A stretch of DNA of 64,000 nt from Octopus vulgaris (Eukaryota). Both the position numbers and the translations under genes were made by a program. The notes under the pieces are model-generated. The model did no database searches and had not been told where the DNA came from. It was given only the letters and a program-made list of their open reading frames with translations. Positions 11,555-24,759 of the stretch are shown piece by piece (the first letter of the stretch is position 1; each line of letters opens with the position of its first letter). The stretch spans positions 159,526,001 through 159,590,000 of the forward strand of contig OX597814.1 in NCBI GenBank assembly GCA_951406725.2. The letters are read 5' to 3'.

Positions 11555-11645
11555 ATACAACCTTGGGGCCAAATGTAGTTTTGTGGTCTGAAAAGGCAAA
11601 GAGAATAATCTTGATCGAGCTTTCAGTCCGTGGGAAGAAGGGTGA
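11555..11645 (+). mobile_element. Fragment of a restriction-like endonuclease of an RLE non-LTR element (HERO/R2-like)
   Basis: Translates to LGPNVVLWSEKAKRIILIELSV(P)WEEG with one frameshift, resembling the PD..ELxVPWE motif. Confidence 0.55.
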
Positions 11646-12039
11646 AATCAGGCCTACAAATCAAAGTGTACCAACTGATTCTTACCATTAACCACACCTC
11701 CACCCTTGTTGCTCACTCACTATATTCACCCCTACTATCTGTCATTACCTCCCAAGACTTTTATGAAATTACCCACCCTCTCCTTTCTCATCGATTCACT
11801 GTCCGAATTCTCTTATACTTACCTTCTTGTACCTTCAGAGTACGCTCTGGTAACTTCGTTACACCATCTTTATTTTTTTTCCAACTGCTCCCACTCATCG
11901 TTTTACAATGTGGGGTAGTCATGTATGTCACCTCTAGCAAGACATTAGTTTTTATCTGTCATAGAGACAAGCACCTGGCATAACACAACCTCCCCTTCTC
12001 TCAAATACACTACTATATAGCCGAAGAAGCTTTTTGCGT

Positions 12040-12228
12040 TGCAAGTTACTTGGCGACCCCACTAGTGCGGTGGCGCGGAAAAAAACATCAAGTATACACT
12101 GTAAAGGGGTTGGTATCAGGTGGGGAACCATGTCAAAGCGAACAAAGGAGTTGATGCAGCCCTGCGGCTTGTCGGATCCTGTCAAATCAAATTGTCCAAC
12201 CCGAATAAACGTGGAAGAAGGACGTTAA
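12040..12228 (+). mobile_element. Degenerate RTE-tail SINE
   Basis: ggttggtatcagg..cggatcctgtcaaa..tgtccaaccc..ggacgttaaa is similar to 16192-16345. Confidence 0.55.
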
Positions 12229-12839
12229 AAGGTGAACATATTTGATAATATTTTGACTCAGCTCCACATTACTTCAAGTTTCATAGGCGCGTCAATCTTG
12301 TCAGATATTCAGAGACAGAATAGAAGTTTTAAAAGTAATTCAAAATGACTTCTAGGTTTTAGACCTTTTATTGGTTAGCTGTGATTACATTTTCGTAATA
12401 CTATCAAAGCGACATAAAGTATTTTATTTTGAGTTCCATGTGTTGCAGTCACGATGTTGAGGCCACTTTGATGGCAGGTCGCAGTTGCTTTCAGGGTCAT
12501 CATTTCCTTGCATTAGGTACCGCTCGTGGTGGGGAAGGCTCAAAGTCCACATCATTCTGTGGACTTTGAGCATATTATTGGTAGCAATCAATTTACAGGA
12601 GTAACCATTTGATGGTATTGGGATACAATTACGGGCAAGTGATCAATGAATAAACTGCAGTCTATAAGGGTACCAGGGATCATATAGCTTTGTGCATCAG
12701 TAAACTAGGCTCAGACTGATATATCCAGGTTATCGGTGGCCAAAGGTTTGAAGTTCATAAACAGAGCGTACCCCTAATGGCAGCAATGATGGTTTATTCT
12801 TCCGATTGCTTGATTCTGCAGGCTAGTGAAGTATATGCG

Positions 12840-13950
12840 GTTTCTCGCAGAGACAGTGTTGGCAATTACGATCTCCCGGTAAAGAAAGACTATCAAGGAT
12901 GGGGAGGTAATTTCGATGATAATGGAGATTTGAGAAAGAGAGAGAGGTGGGGAGGAAACTACAAAGACATCAAATTGTTAGACGTTATAACAAAATTAAT
13001 TAGGAAGATTGGCCTAGATGCGATGCAATTTGGTTGTGCCAGGAGGAATTACCAATGCTTTCTTCCTTGTGTGACAACTGCTTGAGAAGCACCTAAGAGT
13101 GAGACTCTATACCTAGCATTTATAGACCTAGAGGTTTTCAACAGAGACTCTCGCTCTGACGTCTGATGTGTAAAGAAGCTACCGGTAGATGATTGCTTTG
13201 CGAGAGCAGCACAAGATATGAATGTACAGAGGTGTAGCCAGCAAAGTATGAGTTAACAATGAATTAAGCAACAAATTCAGCATGAGGAAAGAGTTCATCG
13301 AGGGCCAATCTTCAGTCCTCGCCTGGTTGTTATAGCTCTTTAAGCCACAACAGAGGAATTTTAGACTAGTTATCTATAGGAACTCCGGTATACTGATAAC
13401 CCTGTCTTTATAGCACAATCTGTGGAAACCTTGGAGAAATTCCAGACATAGAAGCAAAACCTGGGAAAGATTCTTAAAATTAACTTGGCCAAGACTGAAG
13501 TTATTCTTAAGAGAAAAGAATGCAAAAGAAGCTGGGACTTCTGCTCTCAGAAAGATTACCATGCTCAGTAAATATAAAAGGAGTAGGGGAGGAAGTCCAA
13601 AGTGTGTGCTTTATGTAAATCATGGATGCACAAAATTTATAGTGGTATCACACTAACAGCAAAGTTAGCCATCATATATAAAAGGTATGTAGTGGCACTA
13701 AGCATGAAGCACAACTAGGAAATAAATTATCTCATCTGTTCAGAACGGGTCCCTAGAAAAAAATAAAAAAGCAATAGTTTCTCAGCACTAAGTAAATGGT
13801 GCCTATGGGAGAGGAAGATCTAGAAAAATATGGATGAAGTGGTGAAAACCTGATCTCAAGATACTGAACTTCACAAAAGAGATGATAAAGGAACATGACA
13901 ATGGGTGACATGCTGTGCTAGAGAAAACCCACACTCTTGGGTAAGTATAG
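12840..13950 (+). mobile_element. Degenerate RTE-clade LINE reverse transcriptase fragment
   Basis: NYKDIKLLDVITK..IGLDAMQFG, LYLAFIDLE.F.R and ELRYTDN (YADD relic) remnants. Confidence 0.7.
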
Positions 13951-15119
13951 CAGAGAGTACTTTAAAGTGATGAGAAATTCTTGCTGCATTCATCCCGTTC
14001 TCTGTAATACCTTATTACATCCTCCTACTTCTTTTTCTCTCACTGCTCAAACTACATTCATCCACTGCTGCCCAGATCTGTTTTTCACTCTTATGATCTT
14101 CCTTTCTCTGACCCTACTCCACCTTTACCATATCTCTTCTCTTTCTTTCACAGACCTTCTCCTTGCCGAAACTCTGGCTCTTCATCACACTAATCTCTGT
14201 TTTTCATGCATTACAGCCTCCCATATGCATCGTAATATGGTTTAACACTAGTTTCCACTTACTCAACCCACTCCATTCATCCTTACCTTCCTGACTTTTT
14301 CTCACTAATCCTTAACACAACTCTTCCCTTTTCCTTAGTCCCTTTCATGACTCTGTGTGTTACTCTCTCCACTGCTACCTTCTTAAAACAATGTGTTCCT
14401 CCCTTCAAACTGTAGTTTCTCTGAACACTTCAGAAAAAAAAAAGACACCTAATACACAGTAAAAAGAGATTGGTAAAATGAGCAGAGACAATGCAGGCTC
14501 AAGAGAATTTGTTAGTCTTGCCAAAGACAAGACAACCTCTAAAGTACTGGTGCCATGAAAATTGAACTGATACTTTGTAGAAGACACAATTTAAGAGTCT
14601 ACCTACTTGAGAAACTGCATATTCTGAAGTAGCCCAAGATATCTCTTAGCAAGAAATCTGAGTTGATTCACAAGTGCCATCACAGTTGATTATTTCTCCT
14701 TAGTAGAGAAACTCTAGAGGAAATCAAGTAGACTCCGATGCTAATGAAAGATAAGCTTGATCAAACTGCTTTACATTCTAGCAGCACTGATTAGTATCTT
14801 ACAGCAGCAGCCTGTAATAATTTCTACTAAGTTTGTCAAAGACCAAGAAAAGTCTGCCTTTTAGGTTGCATGCAACTAAAACTTTATTCATGGTAGACTT
14901 TTGAAAGAGAGGCTAACAAAGTTAGCTCTCACATGTAACAGATATGCAATAGCCCTGAGTAATGGATGCTTGAATAAACAAATGTCCATCAATACACACC
15001 CATCCACAATCATACAACCACTCCTTCCAACACATAATATATAACAACTTACATTACATAATGCATAAAAAGTATTGGCACTTATTCTATCAGTCACTTA
15101 TGCTGCACCACTAAATTAG

Positions 15120-15373
15120 GGGGTCATAAACCAACACTGGTTGTAAAGTGGTGGTGGGGGACAAAGACAAATGCATCTATATGTGTGTGTGTATATATAT
15201 ATATGTACATACACACACAAAATGGGTTTCTTTCAGTTTCCATCTATCAAATCCACTCAAAAGGCTTTGGTCAGCCTCAGCCTATAGTATAAAACACTTG
15301 CCCATGATGTCATGCAGTGTGACTGAAACCAAAACCATGGGGTTGGAAAGCAAACTTCTTACTACACAACCAT
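15120..15373 (-). mobile_element. tRNA-derived SINE, third family
   Basis: Reverse complement of gtgtagtaagaagtttgctttccaacc..ttcagtcacactgc..gggcaagtg..gaaactgaaagaaaccc; plus-strand relative at 31693. Confidence 0.75.
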
Positions 15374-16191
15374 ATCTGCAATCATCAATTTTATGATACT
15401 TAGGTGAAATTTTTAGGTTTATGTAAAGATTTAATGTGAAAATAATTTTAGCATAATTCATCAACATAAAATATCACCTTAAATTCTACATCAACTGTTT
15501 TGTTTGTTCCAGTGACACATCAAATATTTTTGAAGGGAATTATAAATGAATACATCCAAGTATTTTACTAGTGCACATTTTAACTGATCTCTTTTACCTC
15601 TTCAATTTAATCCTTAGCATTCAGATTATCCTATCAAATGTAATGCTTATTTCTTCATATTGTTTTTAATCTATCATGTATTATGTTGTAGCTTAAAGAT
15701 TTCAATGACGTGATAGTTTATTTTTAGAATGACATTGTAGGGTAGGTGTGAGAGGCTAGACGTGGCCAATTTGAACAAAAAACAGGTAAAATATTTGTGC
15801 CAGATATGCTGACAAATTCATTGAAGGAAAATTCATACATGAATTATTTATGAGAAATATAAACAAATATTCAATTAACAATGTTGTCTTAGACCTACAA
15901 AATTAGGTCTAAAACAATTTACTTCAACTTACTATACTTAAAAGCTATTCTACAAGCTTCTGCCTAGAATGTTGCTTCAATTCTATTCTTTTGTCTCAAC
16001 CAGAATTAGAGTTAGATGTCACCAAATATTTTGGGGACAATGGATAGCTCACTGTCACTTATAAGCACTAACCTGTGCAACTGCAACTTTGCTCTGTGAA
16101 ATGTTACACCTTTAGTGAATTTTCTTTTCTTTTTAATAATTTATAGCATGTCTCAGATGTAGCTATTTTCAAGTTAAAATTTTAGATTTTT

Positions 16192-16345
16192 AGGGCTGGC
16201 ATTAGGAAGGGCATCTAGTGTAGAAAACCAAGCCAAACCAGACTGGAGTCTGGTGCAGCCTTCCAGCTTATCAGCCCCAGTCAAACTGTCCAACTCATGC
16301 AAGTATGGACAATGGGTGTTAAATGATGATGATGATGATGATGAT
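16192..16345 (+). mobile_element. RTE-tail SINE 3' half ending in (GAT)n
   Basis: ggcattaggaagggcatc..gtcaaactgtccaactcatgc..gttaaatgatgatgat. Confidence 0.7.
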
Positions 16346-16355
16346 TTGCTGTATC

Positions 16356-16390
<35 letters not shown>

Positions 16391-16914
16391 CATGTCTCAG
16401 CACCTTGTAAGCAGAAAGTTATTTTCAATAATAACATTAACTAGAAAATTAGATAATAGCAACTACATTTCCATTAAATCACACTCTACTGTCTTATAAA
16501 TGACATATAAGACTACATTTGATAATAGATAAATGTAATATTGGATACATTATACCTGACAAGACAGGATGGTTATGGTTAGAAGGCTTTTGGTCATAGG
16601 TTTCTTCAATCAAAGTTGATATGAAGCCACCAACAACTAAACAGTTAACAAAGTTTAGTTTTTAATTGATTTATTAACCTGTAAATGCATGGTGCTTTAC
16701 AACTGTTATGTATCTTCTTTGTTCTTTTTGTCCAAATTTTAATTATGCTTTATTGTTCATGTTATGATAAATGATCTTGGAACGATGAAATACAAAATTA
16801 ACTTTGGTGGGATTTGAACTCAGAACACAAAGAAATATAACTAAATACTGTTAACAGGTTATCCAGCACTCTAACAATTCTGCTAATCCACTGCCTCTAT
16901 TTCTTTTATTTTTC

Positions 16915-17445
16915 CACCAACAGAGCAGAAACCGTCCTTATGCCAAGCTTAATGTGTGCAGTATGTTCTCAACTCTCTCATGGAATTCGCTAATAGCATT
17001 AGCTATTTGATTTATAGTCAATCACCTGTCATCCACACAATCAACGTTTTTGTCAGTGGTGGCAGTTGCAGGGCATGCAGACATTGGCTCATCTTCAATA
17101 TTCTTCCTTTCTCTCCTAAATTCAGCTGTCCACTTTAGCACTGTTGATAAAGCTGGAGCATCATCCCCTAATGTAGAAGCCATGTCAGCATGAATCTCTT
17201 TGGGGTTTAAACCCTTTTTCTGCAGGTACTTGATAACACCACGATGCCAAATTTCATCCATTTTCAAAAGGAGTTGCTAATAGTTACTTTTGAAGCCTTC
17301 TTTGAACAGTCAGTCAGATGTCAGTTTACCTAAAAAGAAACAATACAGTTATTAAGAAGTGTTAAAATTAATGATTGCAAGATTTCACAGCCCTATCATC
17401 ACTCCTTCATAGCCAGCCTATGAACTTTTCAGCCCACCTTTGTAG
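16915..17445 (-). mobile_element. Mariner/Tc1 transposase 5' fragment with terminal repeat
   Basis: HRGVIKYLQKKGLNPKEIHADMASTLGDDAPALSTVLKWTAEFRRER..IEDEP is a mariner HTH; end aacttttcagcccacctttgta. Confidence 0.85.
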
Positions 17446-18154
17446 ATATCTCAGAATATTTTGAGTTAATGTTTTACACAAAACTAAAAAAAAAAAACTA
17501 AACCAAGATAGTGTCTCTCTCTACATATACATACTGGTAAATTAATAATGCGCTGATTACAAGTTACATTTAAATGATGAGATTCAAACTTTTCTTGTTC
17601 AAGTCCTCAGTACAAAACAATGTTTACAGATATGCAAAGAAAAATGTTTTCTTCCTTAATAGATAAAAGAAAATGCAGGCTGACAGACTGATTTCAATGA
17701 GAACTCTAAGAAATTGTGTGCAATAAATACAAGCAAACAGTCTTAGTCAATTAACAAAGATGGGTCTCAAAAATAGCTGTCCCATTGGATAGATGTATGT
17801 ATGTGTGGGTGGGTGTATGAATATATATATATGTATATGCACATGTATGTAAGCATATGGATATGAAAGTAAACAGATCAACATACAGACGGATAGTTAC
17901 GTAGGTTATATGAACAAACAAGCACACATACGCAAATAAAGACTGAAACCATATATATATATATATACGTACACACACTTTACTTCACACAAGGACACAT
18001 ATGGAGACACACGTCCACACACATGGAGATGCACATCGATACATATAGACATAGTTGCAAAACACACAATACACACTCAGACATGCACACACAAGAAGAT
18101 AGAGGTACACACATATACAAACAAACAAAAAGGAATGCAGTGTAAGTAACAGAC

Positions 18155-18297
18155 AGAGTCAATGACTATTGAAAAGGTTGCAAGACACAACAAAAATTTT
18201 AGAAAATAAAAGAAGAAATAAGTGGAAATTTTACCAGTGAGTGTGTTAAATTATAAGGCACCAAAAGAGAATGGCTCTCCCCAGACACAACAGAATA
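18155..18297 (+). mobile_element. Single arm of the palindromic short element family
   Basis: ctattgaaaaggttgcaagac..gtggaaattttacc.gtgagtgtgtta..ctctccccagacacaacagaat matches 46551-46685. Confidence 0.8.
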
Positions 18298-18399
18298 AAA
18301 AATTAGCCTTGAAACTTTGCATACTGGAGACCAATCATCAACCATTGTAATTAATTTTTTCAAAACAGAGTGAATTTTCTAGAAAGTTTCTCAGAATCC

Positions 18400-19300
18400 A
18401 CAGATGGGGACTTGATATTATTACATGAATTCAAATCATTCATATATCTGGTGAAAATCAATCACCATTTACATTGATCTTCTTACATGACTAAATATGA
18501 CTCACATCAGTTCTTCACAAAAACATATTTTCACATCGGTGATGATGGATTAATTTTCCTGATGCCATGCTAGAAAAAGTAGCTCCAGACTAACTCTTTT
18601 AGAACAATTGGAAGACTTCACAGCAGAAAATTATCCTACTTTTGACAAAAATTGGCTACTTATTCTTGAACCTTATTGTGCAAAAGTTCTCTCTATAATT
18701 CATAACATACACACAAATACTTAAGAAAGTAACAGCTTGCATTTAGTGAGTTTAATATTAGTTGAGTTTTATCATAATTTGTGACTAACATGCCAAAACC
18801 AGATTTGAAGGCACTCCTTGTACTGATAAATGGCCTGACTCACACAGACTTGGAAAAATTTCATACAGCCAGTTGATGTAAAACAATGATGAGAATATAA
18901 TGATCATAGTTGACTCAGCAACTGTTCCAGCAGAAGCTAGGAAAACTGAGGTGCTTATTTTTCATTACTCCTAGATTTGAAGTTTCAATGACAATGCTAG
19001 CATACAATGGGTTGGAATTTATTCAATTAAAGGAGTGATTAAATTGACATGATTGTAAGAAAATAGAAATTATAGTCCAAAATTTAATGGTGTAGTGGAA
19101 AGAGTAATGAAAGCAATCAAATCTACATCGAAAGTTTTCAGTTCAGAGATATCATAGTATGTGTAAGTCATCTCCAACTGAGAAATTACTTTGTAGTCAG
19201 TTAACAAGGTTGAGCAAATAGTTCATTACAAGAACAATATAATGGAATTTCCATCAGATAAACGTCAATTAATTTATGCTGACAGAAATGATTGGATGAA
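18400..19300 (+). mobile_element. Highly degenerate Gypsy-type integrase relic
   Basis: AYNGLEF and SPKFNGVVERVMKAIKS resemble the D-NG..F and NG..ER integrase motifs. Confidence 0.45.
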
Positions 19301-19559
19301 CTTCATTGAAGCAAGTTTTCTATAGTAGAATGGATTTAGTTTCAAATTCTGAGAACATGACTCATTTTTTTAAAATTCTAAGTCAAAGACCCTCCAGGCA
19401 TGATGAGATTCATAACATTAATATTCCTCTTAAATCTTTGTAGGTAAAATATAGAAACAGGAAATCTATGAGCAGAGAGCAAATTCCAGAGGGCCAACAT
19501 TGCTAGAAAGGAAGGTTTGGGCATTATGATTATTGGAGAGCCTGGATAGATAAACACAC

Positions 19560-20125
19560 CTGTACAGAAAATTCTATGATGTATATTGTAGACACATACA
19601 TACAATGCATGCACAGCATGAGAGGGGTGTGAATAAAACAGCTTGCTGTTTCTATCTTGATGTTTTTTTAAGTGTACTGCTTGGAACCCTGATGCACAGA
19701 CATAACACAACTGAAGATTTGTACTTAGACCAGAAAAATAATATAATCACAGTAAATAAGATAGTGTCTGTAATTAGTTGGAATATATGAAAAAAGCTTT
19801 TGCATTAAAAAGAAAAGTTTCAGTGTTATAACCCAGCCAAAGGATACAATAATCTATGAAAACTCCCATCGAAGTTCGGTACACCATACAACAATAAAGA
19901 AGATGCTAATATTCTAAAGATCTGAAACTACTCAGAAATAAGTGTGAATGTTATCTCTAGAAACTTCTTTTGTTTGATTTTAATGCTAAAAATAAAAACA
20001 AAATGTTTGATTGAAAAGTTTTATTAAAAAAATTATTTGTAATAGAAAAAGAAGTGCATTATCCATCACAGAAGTGGGGAAAACCGATTAATTGTAAAAT
20101 ATTTTGTTACGACGTTAATAAAGTT
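19560..20125. repeat. Segmental duplication block A, copy 2 (decayed)
   Basis: Paralogous to 1655-2246; the donor GTAAGT is lost and an in-frame stop follows YPLAGL. Confidence 0.9.
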
Positions 20126-22500
20126 ATGAGGTCTATCTGAAAAGTAATGGGACTGGTGTCACAATTTATTATAATTTCAAACAACAAACTATTTTGTTTC
20201 TCTTTCAAAGTAATCCCTCTTGAGTCTAATGCACTGCTGGAGGGATTCATCTGGGATGCCCCCCACTACCCATACAATGAACTGACTACAACATTGGGGT
20301 ATAATATTACAAAATTATAATTTCAAAATGCAGTATATTCCATTGAAAAAATTTTCTATTGAGACTAATTCCCAAAAGTATGGAACCACTAAAAGATATT
20401 GTGATAGTCGCACTGCAGGCAGAAAATGAAATAAAAAGTATTATGATTAATATTATCCAAGAACTGCCAGTGACTGCACAGGATATCGTTGCGTATTGAG
20501 AAACTATTCGAATTTGTATTTTTATTCTGCTTACTTTTTAAAACTTCTTTCCTCTTTGTTATATACTCATTGCCTACAGATTTCATACCGACTACATTAC
20601 AAAAACGTGTATTGTAGCAATTCTATATCGGACACCCAGAAATGGTGAGGAGCTACGTCGGGCACCCAGAAATGGTGAGGAGCTAACGTCTATTGGCTGA
20701 CTATGGGCCAGGATATTGAAAATTTGGTGAGAACTTGTTGAGGTTGCACACTCGCAGCCAAAGCCGAGCCAGTAAAATATCAATCATGGTCGGATACTGA
20801 GAACCCATGGCCTAGGTTACATATCGACTATGCAAGACCGGTGAACGCCGCTTACTATCTAATCGTGGTAGACAGCTGTACAAAGTGGCCAGAGGTATGC
20901 AAGTGCTAAGACAACTATAAAGTTCCTACATGAAATGTTTGCACTATATGGTGTTCCAGACATGTTTGTTTCTGATAATGGAATGCAATTCTCGGGGTAT
21001 GAATTCAAGAACTTCTATAAAATGCATACGATAAAGCATATTGTCACTCCACCCTACCACCTGAAATCAATTGGGCAGGTAGAAAGATTTGTGGGCACAT
21101 TCAAAAGAGTGTTAAGAAAAGTTAGGAACTAATTAAGTAATGATAAAGCACTAACAAAATTCTTAAGGGTATATAGAATAACTCCTAATCCAAGTATAAA
21201 TTCAGGAAAGTCACCTGCGATTCACGAGAAGAATAAAATCGATTTTTGAGAAAAAAAAGATGTAAAGGAAATACAAAAGATGCAACGAAATATTTCGAAG
21301 TAGGAGATAAAAGTGCATTTTAAAACCTACAGAAATGGTAAAGAAGGTTGGGAGGATGGCCTTGTAACCAAAAAAATATGACATATGATGTATCTAATTA
21401 AAGAACCCTGCTGGGAACATAAGAGACATATAAATCAATTAAAGAAGAGACATAGTGAAGAATGGAGAGAAATTCCTATGGAAGTATTTTTTGATGTATT
21501 TGATGTTACAGCACCGAAAGTAATGAAGTCTCATAGAACCAGCATGAGAAAACTGAAGCAGACCGAACACCTTGAGATAAGGTCCAAGCAAATAATAATA
21601 ATAAATAAAATTTATTCCTTTGGAACTCAAAATCTCAATAGAGGAGATGTGACGAGAGTATGACACCCTTTGACAAGAATGGATGGGACCACTACATATA
21701 AATAGTAGCGGTCTGACGTAGTTGGCAGTTCGTAGTTTGGTCTTCATAGTCCGGGTACAGTTTACAGTTCGGATTAGTGTGTTGGAGATATTGATTGTTG
21801 GTTTGTTACTGCTGCTGTTTCTATTTTGCATTGTTATAACACTGTTACAGAGTATTCTTTATTTATCGTCGATAATATCAATAATATTGGAGGTGTAAGG
21901 ATATAACACTTTCTTTGTCCTTGGATATGTTGGAGACTTCCACTGACAGATCTGGCAATTGGCTTCCTGGTTGTACTCAAAAATCCATGTTTCATCACCA
22001 GTAATGACTCTATAAAGCAAGTCTGGTTCAGTTTGAAGACGTTCGAGGATGTCCTGACACACCTTCTGATTATCATTCAGCACCTTTGGCACCATTTTTG
22101 CACAGACCTTCCATATGCCCAAATCTTCAATGATAACCTTCCAAACACTGTCCTTTTTCATGTCCATCTGACTTGCAATCATTCGTACAGTCAACTGAGG
22201 ATCATCACACACCACCTGGCTTACCTGCTCGACGTTGACCTCAGTCTTGCTTGTTGAAGGCATCCCGCTCCTGGAGTCATCTTCCACCTCCTCGCGCTCC
22301 TCTGTGAATCTCTTGCACCACTCAAAAATACGTGTGCTCGATATGGAGTTATCTCCATACACTTGCTGAAGTATTTCAAGAGTTTGTGACGGAGTTTTCC
22401 CCAACAGAGCCAAAAACTTCAGGTTTATTCGTTGTTCATCGTTCGTTCCTCAGTGCTCATAACTGAACGACCCGAAAAAGTGGAAATGCATGTGAAAAAT
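20126..22500 (-). mobile_element. Mariner element split by a Gypsy insertion
   Basis: ORF 21859-22413 has the HTH, VCAKMVPKVL and VITGDETWIFEY motifs; C-terminal CI.LKRDYFE and a TIR-like end tatgaggtctatctgaaaagt at 20126-20265. Confidence 0.85.
20600..21908 (+). mobile_element. Gypsy LTR retrotransposon 3' part: integrase, polypurine tract and 3' LTR
   Basis: PWPRLHIDYA, IVVDS.TKWPEV, GVPDMFVSDNGMQF and PPYHLKSIGQVERFV motifs; PPT agaggaga followed by TGT(21648)...ACA(21908), after which the mariner sequence resumes. Confidence 0.85.
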
Positions 22501-22672
22501 ACGCAATGGTTGCAGAAAGCTAAGATTACAGTTATATACTTCGCATTTTGGATTTATCATAACCTGCCCGTCGAGGCATGGTATTGTAACGTAACGGTAA
22601 ATAAATACTTTCTTAAAACCTTATGCATTGTCCATCTTTCACATCTTACAGTATGCAATCATAACAATAAAA

Positions 22673-22828
22673 GGCGTAACTTCGGTATAGGTACCGGAAG
22701 TACCGGATACATTTCAAGAGTGTTTTTTTTATATATATGGGGGGTGGGGGTGAAACGGGTTTCTGTTATCTTCAGAAATGTAAACAAAGCCACTTCCGGT
22801 ACTACGGTACCTATACCGAAGGATTGCC
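22673..22828. mobile_element. MITE with about 35-bp terminal inverted repeats
   Basis: cttcggtataggtaccggaagtaccgga versus tccggtactacggtacctataccgaag. Confidence 0.75.
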
Positions 22829-22851
22829 GTTACATATATAGACACACACAC

Positions 22852-24090
22852 TATAAAGAGTCTGTTTATCAAGACAATATGAGGTTTACAGAAATGATAT
22901 ATTTTAAATATTACAAATAATTATTATTTAGTTACTCTTTTTTTTTTACTGATGAGAACAGACAGCTTACATAAAACGACGAGAAAATCCTGATCAGTTA
23001 ATTAATGTAAGTGCCACAGTCCGCCTTCATTTTACGAAGAATACATCCAACTATAGCAGGTTTGACTTGTAAATTGCAAAATGAACATAAGTGAAGACCA
23101 AAACAAAACTATTTGAATAATATCATGCATTATTTGAATTAAGTAACTCTAATAAGCATTCAATGTTAATTCCCTGAACAAGAGTAGTACAATGACGGAA
23201 TGATATTGGTCGATCTACGAAGGAATCGTGTCACCTCCGAAATCCTGCCTACACGTTAGGATAGATATTAAACCGAGAAATAATATCATAGCATTAAAAA
23301 CAACCTATCAACCATAATATATCAATGAAAAATTCATGTTTACCTGACTGTCTTGTGTGAAATATCTTGGTATGTTGATCTCAACAAACTTAAATTAAGA
23401 ATTCTCCCACCATGTTGTTGATGTGCAAAAATGTAAACGCAATGCGCAATGATCGTACATTCTTATATTGTTGATAAAAACAAGACTTGAAGTGTATATT
23501 TACTAAATTTGTTTATTCGATATAACTTTTGAGTGTTCTCTAGATAACCTAAGAGATCATCAAAACCTTATTTAGTGTGACAGTTGCGAAGATGGTTATA
23601 GTACTACATTTGCAGCGTAATGACACAATTGAATGAGACTGGACTAATTGGGAACCTCGTTTTGAAAAGTGATTTTAAACTTAAACGCGCGCCTTTTGAT
23701 TATCCAATTCGTGCTACTTTAATGGTTCTTGGGTTGAAGATTATTTTCCCATTAGAATTTTATTCTCGATCAAGTTACAAATGAAGGCAGATAAGAAATG
23801 TTAACTTTGATAATACTAAAAATTCAAATATTATTCGTTTAATGGTGGTAAATTATACTATGATTATTTTCGCTTAATATCTTCATTTCGAATTCCAAAA
23901 TTTCATAATGCACAAGTAACTCAAAATCCGTAAGATGAGGTTCAGAACTTGACTTGTGCTTTACATAACTATGAAAGCAAAAAAGCGCCAACCTCGGTGA
24001 GATTTGAAATAGGAACTAAAATGAATGGGAATTTTGTTATTAACTTTGCTGATCTTGGAAATCTACCCACTTCTTTACCTAATCCACATA
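22852..24090. repeat. Segmental duplication block B, copy 2 (retains donor CAG|GTAAAC at 23344)
   Basis: Paralogous to 3833-5110. Confidence 0.95.
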
Positions 24091-24149
24091 TATATTAGTT
24101 TCAAATTTTGGCACAAGGCCAGCAATTTTGGTGGAGGGATAAGTCGATT

Positions 24150-24525
24150 CCTGAGTTTCCCTCTTCCACGAGTACTATCCACTTTCAGTGATCGGTACTT
24201 CTTTATACAGCTGTCCTCATTCATACGCGTCACATGTCTAAACTAGCGTAGTCTTCTCTCTTGCATGCTACATTTGATTCCACTTATGCCCAACTTTTCT
24301 CTCAATACATTTGCACTTTGCCGTACATGTGCACTAATGTTGCACATCTCAATGGAGCATAATACCTTCATTTCTCTCCAGTCTACGCATATCTTCTGCA
24401 TTCAGAGCCCATGTCTCACTACCATGGACTATAACTGTCCATACACAAGCATCATATAGTCTACTTTTCACTCTGAGAGAGAATCCTTTTGTTGCCAACA
24501 GAGGTAATAAGCTCTCTGAACTTCC
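24150..24525 (-). mobile_element. RTE LINE 3' region fragment
   Basis: LLPLLATKGFSLRVKSRLYDACV..HGSETWAL..RLERNE is typical of the RTE C-terminal region. Confidence 0.8.
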
Positions 24526-24759
24526 TCCACCCATTATAGATATTGTACACACCGATGTTTTAATCAAAGGCTGTTTCAAGTGTCATAGCAGATTAGTGTT
24601 AGGGGCATACACTGTTGCAGCATATCGCTGCATCCACCATTTACCTGTATTTGCTTGGATCATCTCTGCAGCAAGAGTGAATATTGATTTCAAATTTTGG
24701 CACAAGGCCAGAAATTTGGAGGGAGTGGATAAGTTGATCATAGCGTCGTCAGGTGTGGA

